DNA of 63,098 nucleotides, from contig JAJZLT010000016.1 in assembly GCA_021803245.1 (NCBI GenBank), positions 1 to 63,098 on the forward strand, given 5' to 3'. The position numbers were made by a program, and so were the translations under genes. Origin of the DNA: Candidatus Micrarchaeota archaeon. Its GTDB lineage: Archaea; Micrarchaeota; Micrarchaeia; Micrarchaeales; CABMGC01. Below, piece by piece: positions 9,312-18,405 of this stretch; within the stretch, counting starts at the first letter, position 1; each line of letters begins with the position of its first letter. Below the pieces are notes generated by a model. That model was not told the DNA's origin. It did no database searches and was given only the letters and a program-made list of their open reading frames with translations.

Positions 9312-10766
9312 ATGAGGTCATCTGTACTGCTTATACTGTTATGCGCTCTGCTCCTGCCTTTCCTTATCACATCCACAGCGGCTGCCGCGCCCCAGACCAA
9401 AACCACCATAACAAATGCAAATGTGCTAAACCAGTGGCTAAGTGTTATAATGATAGCGGTGCTGGCCAGCGTGCTGCTGCTTATCTTTTACTATGTTGCA
9501 GGATACCTTCTCAATAATGCGCAGATAAAGACAACTGCAATCAACGAGATCCAGCAGGCTTTCGGCACAGCAGTGGCAGTCTTTATAATAATAGCTGCAC
9601 TTGATTTTGTAGGGAATGCGGTTTTCTCTAGTACAAATCTCGTGCCTCCTTCGACCATAAGCAACATCTGCACTACCTTGACTGGCGCTAATCTGGATTT
9701 TGTGAAAAATGCTGCACCTAATGGATATTACACGCCTACAAACACTCTCTGCAATGGCATTATAAGCAAGGCCAAAAGCGGCACTCTCAGCGTCTCAAAT
9801 TCCATCGACTATGGCTTAGGGGCCTCTTACATAATAATAGCCAACATAACCAACCAGAGCCTCACTAATCTGAATGCGGTCTACATTTTCGAGAGCTATA
9901 CCGGATTCTTGACCGCACTGAACCCCACGGCAAGCGTTTGCATACCTAATGATATCTGCCTGACTGAAGGTGTGCCGGCCTTCTACGCTTCTATCAGCTA
10001 TGCACCTTTTGCCGCTTATGGAACTCTTAGGGGAGTTGTCTTTCCTGTAGCCTCGCAATCAGAGATGATTTTTTACATGAGTCTGCTGGAGGAGATGGCG
10101 ATACTGCTTATGCTTTACGCATGGCCATATATACTCGCTGCGGGCATAATACTGCGCGCGTTTACTTTTACCCGGCGGGCAGGCGGGCTTATCATTGCCT
10201 TGGTGCTCTCTGCCCTGATTATCTTCCCGCTGATAATGCTTTTTGAGTACTCCTCTCTTACTAATCCGCATATAGTGCCGGTAGGTGCGAATGAGATAAC
10301 CGTAAATGCGATAAGCAATAGCATTGCGCTTAAAGGATTACCCGTTGGAAAAACCAACACCCCTGCAAACGTAATAGATTACAGCTCCGGCACCATAAAC
10401 TTCTTCTCCTTCCCGCGCGCAGACTACGTGCTTAATTACGAAGGCTGCTGGCCCGGCACGTCAATGCTTACCAGGGAAGCGGAGATAGTAGGAGGTTATG
10501 CCATACCGGGTTACGGGGAATTTCTCACCCTCTCAACTGTGCTCGGATCGTTCACTGGATCGGTGCCTGCTGTGCCCTTCACAAATTGCAACTGGCCCAA
10601 TGTAATACACTCGCTCTTTGCGCTTGAAAACCTCTATGGAATACTCTCAGTGATAGGAATAATAGTGCCAATACTCAATCTCCTGCTTGTGCTTGGCAGC
10701 GCCAGAAGCCTATCATTCCTGCTTGGCGGAGACATGAATATCTTTGGGCTTGGGCGCTTGTTGTAG
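9312..10766 (+). CDS. Polytopic membrane protein, paralog 3 of 6
   Basis: Motif ILRAFTFTRRAGGLIIALVLSALIIFP. I prefer the ATG at 9312 (MRSSVLLILL..., GGTGGGG upstream) over the track start at 9291. Confidence 0.8.
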   Translation: MRSSVLLILLCALLLPFLITSTAAAAPQTKTTITNANVLNQWLSVIMIAVLASVLLLIFYYVAGYLLNNAQIKTTAINEIQQAFGTAVAVFIIIAALDFVGNAVFSSTNLVPPSTISNICTTLTGANLDFVKNAAPNGYYTPTNTLCNGIISKAKSGTLSVSNSIDYGLGASYIIIANITNQSLTNLNAVYIFESYTGFLTALNPTASVCIPNDICLTEGVPAFYASISYAPFAAYGTLRGVVFPVASQSEMIFYMSLLEEMAILLMLYAWPYILAAGIILRAFTFTRRAGGLIIALVLSALIIFPLIMLFEYSSLTNPHIVPVGANEITVNAISNSIALKGLPVGKTNTPANVIDYSSGTINFFSFPRADYVLNYEGCWPGTSMLTREAEIVGGYAIPGYGEFLTLSTVLGSFTGSVPAVPFTNCNWPNVIHSLFALENLYGILSVIGIIVPILNLLLVLGSARSLSFLLGGDMNIFGLGRLL

Positions 10767-10774
10767 GTTTGACC

Positions 10775-11989
10775 ATGAAAAAATACGCGCTCGCACTGCT
10801 CTTTGCCTTTTTCGTATTAGCTTCGCCTTCACTCGACATGGCGTCACCTCCCGCTACAATAGGTAGCACATACTGCACGCCCATCTTTACGCCTAGCAAA
10901 GCAGTAGTCTCTACTTCATTCGTGCTAAGCCCCGGCTCTGTGCCAATACACGGTACTTTTGGCGGGGTGATAAGCATAGCCCTCCTCATAGTGCTGATGG
11001 TGTTTACTGTAATAGCACTCGTATATGGGGTAGGAGTAGCTTTCAGAATAGACAAGCTTATTAGATTCGGTCGCGCCGAGCTTCTTGAATCGTTTGCGAA
11101 CGTAGTGATAATAGTAGTAATAGCGTTTGGGGTAGGAACCATACTAGGCGCAGCGTCTTTCCTTGCCAACCTGGGCTCGCTTAATGTGGTTGCTCCTTCA
11201 TCCGGTTTTTCCACAGGCGTGCAGGGTTTCTATACCAACACATGCATAAACATCTTCAACAACGTCATAATAACCAGCTTATTTGACATGGTAGGAGGCC
11301 TTGCTAACGCTGTCGTCTACGAGATACTTGACGACTTCCAGCTAACTTTCGTGCCAGGGGGCTACATTTCCTATGTTGTACCTGGTTTTGAGGTCCAGCC
11401 ATTTCAGGGAATAGGCCCAATAGTCTCGCTGACCTTCGTTGAGACCTCCACATTTACAGCATTCATTATGACAGGATTGGGCATAATCTTCATGCTTTTT
11501 GTCATTTATTACCTTTTCCCTGTCTTCCTTTATTTGGGGATAGTGCTCAGGTCATTCCCATGGACGAGACCGGCAGGAGGTGCGCTTATAGCGATATTCG
11601 TCTCGTTTTACATCTTCTTCCCCGCCCTACTCTATCCTTTCACTACCTTCGGCAGTAGCGTCAGTAACATATACTGCAATGGCTCTTCATCGCACGGAGG
11701 AACCACTTCAACCACCGGGAGTCCAGTTCCGGATATCTGCAGCTCAAATAATATTACGCATTACATCGCTACTGGGGGCATAGATGCCTTGCTGGCCCTT
11801 TTGGGCAACATTAACGCCGCATTCAACAGTAATGTAGAGATATATGCGAGCATGGTAGCCGCATTCGCGATTGAGTTTATAGGATTTGCCATAGCATTTC
11901 TTATATCCTACGACCTGCTGGAGGTTTTTGGAGACCTGTTCGGCTCGCCTTCGCTGCAGGCGAATAGAATACTGAGTAGATTGATATGA
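10775..11989 (+). CDS. Polytopic membrane protein, paralog 4 of 6
   Basis: Motif VLRSFPWTRPAGGALIAIFVSFYIFFP. ATG at 10775 (MKKYALALLFAFF) is preferred over the TTG at 10769. Confidence 0.8.
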   Translation: MKKYALALLFAFFVLASPSLDMASPPATIGSTYCTPIFTPSKAVVSTSFVLSPGSVPIHGTFGGVISIALLIVLMVFTVIALVYGVGVAFRIDKLIRFGRAELLESFANVVIIVVIAFGVGTILGAASFLANLGSLNVVAPSSGFSTGVQGFYTNTCINIFNNVIITSLFDMVGGLANAVVYEILDDFQLTFVPGGYISYVVPGFEVQPFQGIGPIVSLTFVETSTFTAFIMTGLGIIFMLFVIYYLFPVFLYLGIVLRSFPWTRPAGGALIAIFVSFYIFFPALLYPFTTFGSSVSNIYCNGSSSHGGTTSTTGSPVPDICSSNNITHYIATGGIDALLALLGNINAAFNSNVEIYASMVAAFAIEFIGFAIAFLISYDLLEVFGDLFGSPSLQANRILSRLI

Positions 11990-13185
11990 TGCTTTTGCCT
12001 TTTCTCTTGCCTGGGGGATATGCGCTTGCTGCCAACGGATGCTCAGCCACAGGCGGTGCGGCAAGCCTGGCCAACTATATTACCGCACCATGCGGGGCAT
12101 GGTTCCCTATTGCATTGATAGCCGTACTGATGGTGATAGGGCTTATGGCCATAATATATGGCCTGAGTGAATTCATAGGAAGGAATGATATAAAGACGTG
12201 GGTCAGGGTAAAGATTTATGACGCGCTGCTTTCTATAGTCTTTATACTCATCTTTGCTGCATTCGGCACGCTCTTATTTACGATACCTGTAGCATCAACC
12301 CTGCAGAGCGTGAAGCTCTTCCCTGGAAGCGGGGGAAGCACGCCTTCTGAATGCGCAGCCCAATCGCCTACGAAAGTAAACAACCTTTATTCGGTAGCGT
12401 CGTGCGACATGTTCCTCTTCAACTTTTACGAAGCGAACCTAAACTTATATATATTCTATAGCTTTCTTCTTACTTCTGCAGTATCCCCATCGATAGGATT
12501 CGCGCTCAGTTTTGGGCCAGGCTCGCTAAGCAGCGGAGGCAGCACAGGCAGCCTTGCAGGCAGCGTAGGAATCGGTGCTTCAGGCATTGAGATCTTCCCG
12601 CAATACGCGTCTTATAAATTCCTTGGGCCGGTGCTCGACCTTTTCTATGGCCTGATACTGCTGAATCAGGTTCAGCTTATACTTATCGCAGCTTCCGGGT
12701 TAATCTTCTCCATCTTTATGGCACTTGGACTGATTGCAAGGGCTTTTGTGATAACGCGCACGTTCGGTGGCGCGATGATAGCATTTGCAATAGGAATAGG
12801 ATTTATCTACCCTCTTCTTGTTTCGATAAACTATGGCTTTCTTGTATATGCGCTCTCTACAAACACGCTGAGTTCTCTTGTAAATTTCTCAAGCGGAACC
12901 TTTGCGTTTTTTGGCGTGCCTCTGATGTTTATTAATCTGATAGCAAGCCTGACAACAGGCCTCGTTGGTTCTGCCCTCTCATTCTTTTCTGTTGGCAGTT
13001 CGGCATATACTCAAGTGGTAAGCGTATTTCCTGCCGCCCTCTTTGAGTACTTCGGCCTTGTGATTTCAGGGCTTATGTTCATACCTGTGCTTGAGCTTGT
13101 GCTTGTCGACGTCTTCATCATAGACTTCTCGCAGGCGATAGGGGAACGCATGGACCTCCTCTCGCTATTTACGAGGCTGCTGTGA
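11986..13185 (+). CDS. Polytopic membrane protein, paralog 5 of 6
   Basis: ATGA start/stop overlap with the previous gene. Motif IARAFVITRTFGGAMIAFAIGIGFIYP. Confidence 0.8.
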   Translation: MMLLPFLLPGGYALAANGCSATGGAASLANYITAPCGAWFPIALIAVLMVIGLMAIIYGLSEFIGRNDIKTWVRVKIYDALLSIVFILIFAAFGTLLFTIPVASTLQSVKLFPGSGGSTPSECAAQSPTKVNNLYSVASCDMFLFNFYEANLNLYIFYSFLLTSAVSPSIGFALSFGPGSLSSGGSTGSLAGSVGIGASGIEIFPQYASYKFLGPVLDLFYGLILLNQVQLILIAASGLIFSIFMALGLIARAFVITRTFGGAMIAFAIGIGFIYPLLVSINYGFLVYALSTNTLSSLVNFSSGTFAFFGVPLMFINLIASLTTGLVGSALSFFSVGSSAYTQVVSVFPAALFEYFGLVISGLMFIPVLELVLVDVFIIDFSQAIGERMDLLSLFTRLL

Positions 13186-13195
13186 GCTGATTTGC

Positions 13196-14275
13196 ATGAG
13201 GAGAATACTTGTTTATCTCATCCCGCTTTCGCTTCTTCTAATCAGCATAGCCCACTCCTCTTACTTCTCCACTTACTGCGCACCAGTAAGCACTGCTGCT
13301 ACAGGCTTTAATGTCAACGCGCTCGCGCCTTGGTACTGCAGCCAGATAAACCAGACTCTCGCCAGCGACTGGAGCTACTGGGAGCCAATTGCGTTTGCCG
13401 CAATCATGTTCTCGCTTGCAGTAGGAATAATAATATGGACCTTCGGAGGGCTCCTGCGAAACGAGCGGTTGAGGACGTTTGGCCTTGGCGAGCTTTATGA
13501 GGCGTTCGCAACCGCCGTAATAGTAGTGCTGTTTCTCTTCATCTCTGCAGTTATGCTCGGCCTGCTTCCCAGCGTCGTGGTAGGCAACATTAACCCGTAC
13601 AGCACATCGCTTAACTACATAGCAGGCACAATAAATTCTGTGCAGCAGGAGGTTTACAGCGCCTTTTATATAGAGGTTCTTGACCGATATTATTCCAGCA
13701 TAAGACTTCAGGTATGCATACTTGCTGTTTGCAAGGGCATACCGGAAACTTTCACATATATAATAAACTATCTTTACTATATCCCGGCTTTCACCATAAT
13801 AGACCTGCTGCTTGACGGGATCATGCTGCTGTACGGCGAATTCTACCTGATACAGATCTTCCTTTACATGGCCATACCGGTCTTCCTCATTCCAGGCATA
13901 ATACTTCGCGCGATAATGCCTACGAGGGGCATAGGCGGCATGATGATAGCTATTGCAATAGGCTTTTACGTTATAATGCCTATCCTCTTTGCAACTGCGT
14001 ACGCCTTCAGCGCAAAGCAGCTGATAAACCAGTTTGATGCGAATACGGCACAGTTCCAGCAGTATGGGCAGGGTACAGGTGCACAGATAAACGCCCTTAC
14101 CCCGTCTTCGCCGCTGATAGAGACGCTGACAAACATACAGAGCCAGATGGGAAGCTTCTGGCTTGCAGTTGTTTTCTGGCCTTCGCTCATAATAGGCATA
14201 TGCTACGAGATTATAATTCAGATAGCAGAATTCATAGGAGGCATGGCGCAGGGCTCAGGAAGGATGAGGATATAG
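13196..14275 (+). CDS. Polytopic membrane protein, paralog 6 of 6
   Basis: Motif ILRAIMPTRGIGGMMIAIAIGFYVIMP. N-terminal signal-like MRRILVYLIPLSLLLISIAHS. Confidence 0.8.
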   Translation: MRRILVYLIPLSLLLISIAHSSYFSTYCAPVSTAATGFNVNALAPWYCSQINQTLASDWSYWEPIAFAAIMFSLAVGIIIWTFGGLLRNERLRTFGLGELYEAFATAVIVVLFLFISAVMLGLLPSVVVGNINPYSTSLNYIAGTINSVQQEVYSAFYIEVLDRYYSSIRLQVCILAVCKGIPETFTYIINYLYYIPAFTIIDLLLDGIMLLYGEFYLIQIFLYMAIPVFLIPGIILRAIMPTRGIGGMMIAIAIGFYVIMPILFATAYAFSAKQLINQFDANTAQFQQYGQGTGAQINALTPSSPLIETLTNIQSQMGSFWLAVVFWPSLIIGICYEIIIQIAEFIGGMAQGSGRMRI

Positions 14276-14336
14276 CCGTAATTGGCACTTCCCTGCGTTA
14301 ATTTAATAAGCTTTCCAGTTTATTCTTAATTGATCG

Positions 14337-15176
14337 GTGTTCGTGTTGGCACTTAACCTGCAGCTCCTGCTCTTTGTGATACTCGTAGGAGCAGGAATAG
14401 TTGTTGCTGTCTTCATCTACGCTGTTCCGTCCCCTGTGCTTTCGCCGATTCTGGCAGTAATAACACTCGTAATTGCTGTCTTCGCTTTCGCCACTAAATA
14501 CTATACGTACCTGATGGTGCCTGCACTGAAGATGAAAGGCAGAACCATAGTGCTCAGCGCAGACGAACCGTTTATCATAGCGCCCAATAACGCCGCAATA
14601 TTGATGCATGAGGGACAGGAGGTTTACGCGAGCGCGTTCGTAAAAATTCCGCTTTACAGGTCTGCCACCGAGATGAGCAATGATGAGAAGCTCGATTTTG
14701 CGCGCCTCTTCTCGAGGATGACTACGCTCAGCAAGACACCTGTCAAGATCTCTTCGCAGATGCACGTGATAAACAAGGATGAATATATTACAAGCATAAG
14801 GAACAAGCTTAACGAGGCCCAGGAGCGATACGCCACGCTTGGGGCGAAGCCCGGGGGCAGCAAGGCAAGCAATGACAGAATAAAAGGCGAAGTCACCATG
14901 TGGAAGAACCTCATGGACAATGTCAGCGCCTCGCAGGCACATGCACTCACTATATATGCAATGGTCAGCGCTATGGGCGGCAATGAGGAGGAAGCATTGA
15001 CTATTGTCAATCAGCAGGCAGAGGATTTTGCTGCAGGAGTTAGCGCCATATTCGGAGTAAGTGCATATGTAGTGAAAGGCATCGAGCTTCTTACATTCAT
15101 AGAGCCGGACCACATGATACCGGTAGAGACGGTGACTGAAAGGCTTAAGGAGAAGGCTACAGAAGAGGCGCTATAG
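14337..15176 (+). CDS. 2-TM protein with soluble domain, paralog A (VirB3/VirB4-N-terminal-domain-like architecture, inferred)
   Basis: N-terminal hydrophobic hairpin followed by a roughly 200-aa soluble domain. Aligns by eye with the next gene. Confidence 0.65.
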   Translation: MFVLALNLQLLLFVILVGAGIVVAVFIYAVPSPVLSPILAVITLVIAVFAFATKYYTYLMVPALKMKGRTIVLSADEPFIIAPNNAAILMHEGQEVYASAFVKIPLYRSATEMSNDEKLDFARLFSRMTTLSKTPVKISSQMHVINKDEYITSIRNKLNEAQERYATLGAKPGGSKASNDRIKGEVTMWKNLMDNVSASQAHALTIYAMVSAMGGNEEEALTIVNQQAEDFAAGVSAIFGVSAYVVKGIELLTFIEPDHMIPVETVTERLKEKATEEAL

Positions 15177-16001
15177 ATGGACGAGTATACCATAATGTAC
15201 TTATCGATTTCAGGCATACTCATATTCATCGTTATTGCAGGCTATGGCGCATACGGCTCATTTGCACCGTTCGTGATCGTCTTGGCCATACTTGCCATGC
15301 TACTTATACTCTTGCTTAATTATGCCGACTTCGTGATCTTCCCGGTTATAACGCAGGTGCTTGGAATAAAGGTGCTCCTCTGGAAGGATTACATGGTGCC
15401 CAAGACAGAGAACTGCGTGATAAAATACACTAAAGGGCTGTACTACGCGCAGGGCTATCTCTCGGCAAACATTTATAACTACATCTTCGCTGCGGAAAAC
15501 ATAAACCAGGAAGAAGATGCAGGCATAATCAGCGGTGCAGATAAATGGGAGAGGATAGTTATGAGCATAGACTTTCCGTTCAAGTTTAATGTAGTTTCAC
15601 TCGCAGAAGAATTGCAGAAGCACAGGGAAGAGCTTGAAGGCAGGCGCGGTTTCCTGCAGTTTCAGATGTCGCGGGAAATGAGCAGCGGCAATCCAAACAC
15701 TCTGACAATACAGGAGATGCAGAAGAAGATAAATATAATACAGGCAAGGATAGACAGGATCTCGGCAGGAGAAAGGCCGGTGAAGACGATAATGTACATA
15801 GAAACAGTTGCAGTCGGAGTCAGCGAGAAAGAGGCCACAGATAACCTTACCAATCAGCTAAACAAGCTGATTACAGTGTTCAATTCATTCGACCTGAGCA
15901 TAATGCGCGTAACGGGAAGGGAGATGCATATACTCAACAAACTTAACTATAGGATTATGGACTTTGACCTGCTTAACAGACAGTTCCAGCTGCAAAAATA
16001 A
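15177..16001 (+). CDS. 2-TM protein with soluble domain, paralog B
   Basis: ATG lies immediately after the previous stop. Same layout as paralog A. KTIMYIETVAVGVSEKEATDNLTNQLNKLITVFNSF aligns with ALTIYAMVSAMGGNEEEALTIVNQQAEDFAAGVSAIF in A. Confidence 0.65.
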   Translation: MDEYTIMYLSISGILIFIVIAGYGAYGSFAPFVIVLAILAMLLILLLNYADFVIFPVITQVLGIKVLLWKDYMVPKTENCVIKYTKGLYYAQGYLSANIYNYIFAAENINQEEDAGIISGADKWERIVMSIDFPFKFNVVSLAEELQKHREELEGRRGFLQFQMSREMSSGNPNTLTIQEMQKKINIIQARIDRISAGERPVKTIMYIETVAVGVSEKEATDNLTNQLNKLITVFNSFDLSIMRVTGREMHILNKLNYRIMDFDLLNRQFQLQK

Positions 16002-16040
16002 ATGAAATATATTTAAGCTTTGAAAGCCAAGTGCATTTGT

Positions 16041-17555
16041 ATGTCGATTGTGCGTATCCAGAACGTAATGAGCAATGAGCTCTCGAAGAGAATCTTCGTC
16101 ACCAGACCTCCGGAGCCGCCTTACGAGTTTCTGCTCAATGACCCTACAGATTCGATCTTTATAGGTATAACCAAGCTCTTTGGAGTGCCATTTACGTGGA
16201 ATTTTGCGAATCTTGCGAACCCGCACATATCCGTAGTAGGAATTACCGGATCTGGAAAGAGCTTTTTTGTGAAGACCTTCCTGACCAGAGCCAGCTTCGT
16301 CTGGAATACAAATGCAATAATAGTCGACTGGGCAGGCGAATACATAGCTTGGGTAAGGAATAGCGGTGGCGTGGTAGTCTCGCTTGCTAAAGGGGACTAC
16401 ATGAACCTGATGGACCTCTCTGGCACAAAGCCCCTCGACCGAGTAAAGCAGATTATGAATGCCTTTGACATACTTACAGACATCTCTGATTTCCCTGAGC
16501 AGCGGAGGCTTACCGCAGAAGCGATGGAGCAGGCTTATCTGAATGCAGGATTCGGGCTTGCAACACTTCCGGATCCGAGGAGGGAGGTGCCAACGCTCAA
16601 GGATGTTACAAAGCTGCTTGAAGAGAAACTGCAGGAAGGCACATACCAGTATCCTGCAGAGCTGGAAAATACAATTTATAGGTTAAGGCAGTTCTCCAGG
16701 GAAGGGGAGGACTATTTCGCCAAGAAGAGCACAATAGACCTCGGCAAACTTGCCACCTCCGGTCTGGTAGACATAGACCTTTCCGGACTCCCTGATGAGA
16801 AGTTCAGGGCCATGGCTGCTCTCTTCATTCTTCAGACGCTAGAAGTGATAATGCGCGCTGAAGGATGGAGCTCAAACAAGGGATTAAAGGCGCTGGTGGT
16901 CCTTGACGAGGCCTGGAAGATAGCCAACGACGAGAGGAGTGACGCCATAACGATAATAAGAGAGGGCAGGAAGTATCAGTTCGGGCTCATAGTAGCATCT
17001 CAAAATCCAACAGATATAAATGAGGCCATCTTCTCTAACGTAGGCACTACAATAATGCTCAAGATAAAGTTTGAGAAATTCTTGGACTACCTGCAGGGTT
17101 CGCTCAACTTCTCTGCTTACATAAGGAAAGAAATAGGCAATTTCGGGGTTGGGCAGGCTGCCGTTGACATGTCCTTTAACACGTCTGTCCAATTTCCCAA
17201 TGTCTTCGTAATCGAGAGGATAGTAGGGGAAGTGCCGCTTGATACCTACACCATAACCATAGGAGACATACTCACGCCATCTGAGCAGGAACAGAAAACT
17301 ATACCTAAGGATTATTCCTTTGAGAGGATAGACATGAGCTCAAAATTCGTAGATGCGGGCTTCAGCGCAGAGGCAATACAGAAGATATTCAAAGGCATGG
17401 ATAGCAGGGGGAGGATAATTGACATAAGGGCTATGATGCAGATACTCTCTGCCGAGAATATTGACAAGAATGTCATGGTTTCATTCTTAAGAGGCATAGG
17501 CCTCTCTGACACGCTGATAACACGGGTCTTCGGATACCTGGCAGCGCAGATGTGA
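16041..17555 (+). CDS. P-loop ATPase of the FtsK/HerA/VirB4 superfamily (DUF87/AAA_10-like)
   Basis: Walker A VVGITGSGKSFF, Walker B LVVLDEAWKI, and REGRKYQFGLIVASQNPTD. ATG at 16041 is preferred over the TTG at 16020. Confidence 0.85.
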   Translation: MSIVRIQNVMSNELSKRIFVTRPPEPPYEFLLNDPTDSIFIGITKLFGVPFTWNFANLANPHISVVGITGSGKSFFVKTFLTRASFVWNTNAIIVDWAGEYIAWVRNSGGVVVSLAKGDYMNLMDLSGTKPLDRVKQIMNAFDILTDISDFPEQRRLTAEAMEQAYLNAGFGLATLPDPRREVPTLKDVTKLLEEKLQEGTYQYPAELENTIYRLRQFSREGEDYFAKKSTIDLGKLATSGLVDIDLSGLPDEKFRAMAALFILQTLEVIMRAEGWSSNKGLKALVVLDEAWKIANDERSDAITIIREGRKYQFGLIVASQNPTDINEAIFSNVGTTIMLKIKFEKFLDYLQGSLNFSAYIRKEIGNFGVGQAAVDMSFNTSVQFPNVFVIERIVGEVPLDTYTITIGDILTPSEQEQKTIPKDYSFERIDMSSKFVDAGFSAEAIQKIFKGMDSRGRIIDIRAMMQILSAENIDKNVMVSFLRGIGLSDTLITRVFGYLAAQM

Positions 17556-17556
17556 T

Positions 17557-17856
17557 TTGACGACTGGAACATTTATAATAAGCAGGATAGAGCTTGAACG
17601 GGTGCTTACCGGGCTAGGAGTCAGTACGCAAAAGATCGAAGGCCTCGTTTCTGCGCTCAACAAGATGCACAGGCATTCGAATGCGGTGGCGTTCGTAGGC
17701 ATGCTCCAGAAGACCGGGCTAAGACAGCCTGAGATAGCGAATATATTAAGGAGGATAGGGATAGACGATGTTACTGTTACAAATATCTTTAACTCTCTTG
17801 ACGAGGAGAGGATAAAGAGCGCATTTGGCAGGATTGTGGAACTGAAGGTGGAATGA
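17557..17856 (+). CDS. Small helical-repeat protein related to the C-terminal tail of the ATPase
   Basis: Three copies of a G-[ILV]-x-x3-[IV]-x3-[ILF] module (GLGVSTQKIEGLV, KTGLRQPEIANIL, RIGIDDVTVTNIF). These resemble DAGFSAEAIQKIF and GIGLSDTLITRVF in the ATPase tail. TTG start. Confidence 0.5.
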   Translation: MTTGTFIISRIELERVLTGLGVSTQKIEGLVSALNKMHRHSNAVAFVGMLQKTGLRQPEIANILRRIGIDDVTVTNIFNSLDEERIKSAFGRIVELKVE

Positions 17857-18257
17857 TGCAGGCCAAGAAGCAGCACACATACTGCATGGTATGCGGAAAG
17901 GAGAAAACAGGCATCTCTGTCAAGGAGGATTATGTTATAGACATTATAAGGTGGTTCAAGAAGACAGTGCTCAGGTCCGAAAGCCACAACCTGCTTGTAG
18001 TATGCAAAGAGGATTACCCAGTATATAAGAAATACAGGAAGAGGTTCGTATCAAGGCAGCGGATCTATATAGTGCTTGGCGTTCTTTTCGTAATCTTTGG
18101 CATGATTATCTCGCCGTTTATAACCACGCTGCTTTATATGCTTGCGCTTCTTCTTTTCCTGTACCTCCTCTCCCTGATAAATTATGTGCCTGCACTGGAT
18201 CTGATGAAATATAAGGAAGGCAAGAAAACCGTAGGCAAGAAGAAGGATGCACTGTGA
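17853..18257 (+). CDS. Zn-ribbon-like N-terminus plus two C-terminal TM segments (134 aa)
   Basis: ATGA overlap with the previous gene. CMVCGKEK ... VVCKEDY, then hydrophobic IYIVLGVLFVIFGMIISPFITTLLYMLALLLFLYLLSLI. Confidence 0.55.
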   Translation: MMQAKKQHTYCMVCGKEKTGISVKEDYVIDIIRWFKKTVLRSESHNLLVVCKEDYPVYKKYRKRFVSRQRIYIVLGVLFVIFGMIISPFITTLLYMLALLLFLYLLSLINYVPALDLMKYKEGKKTVGKKKDAL

Positions 18258-18278
18258 GTGCAAAAATGCCAGGCTCTC

Positions 18279-18286
18279 TTTTTTTT
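18279..18286 (+). terminator. T8 run inside a short inverted repeat, candidate archaeal terminator ending the 6832-18257 operon
   Basis: ATGCCAGGCTCTCTTTTTTTTGGCAT lies 22 nt after the stop codon. Confidence 0.35.
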
Positions 18287-18405
18287 GGCATGGAAAGCCT
18301 TTATAGCTTGACTTCCAAATAATACCGTTTTTTCTCCTATTCGAGAAATAAAACAGTATATAAACTTTAGGATATACCAATTATCATTGATGAGATTGTG
18401 GTCTT

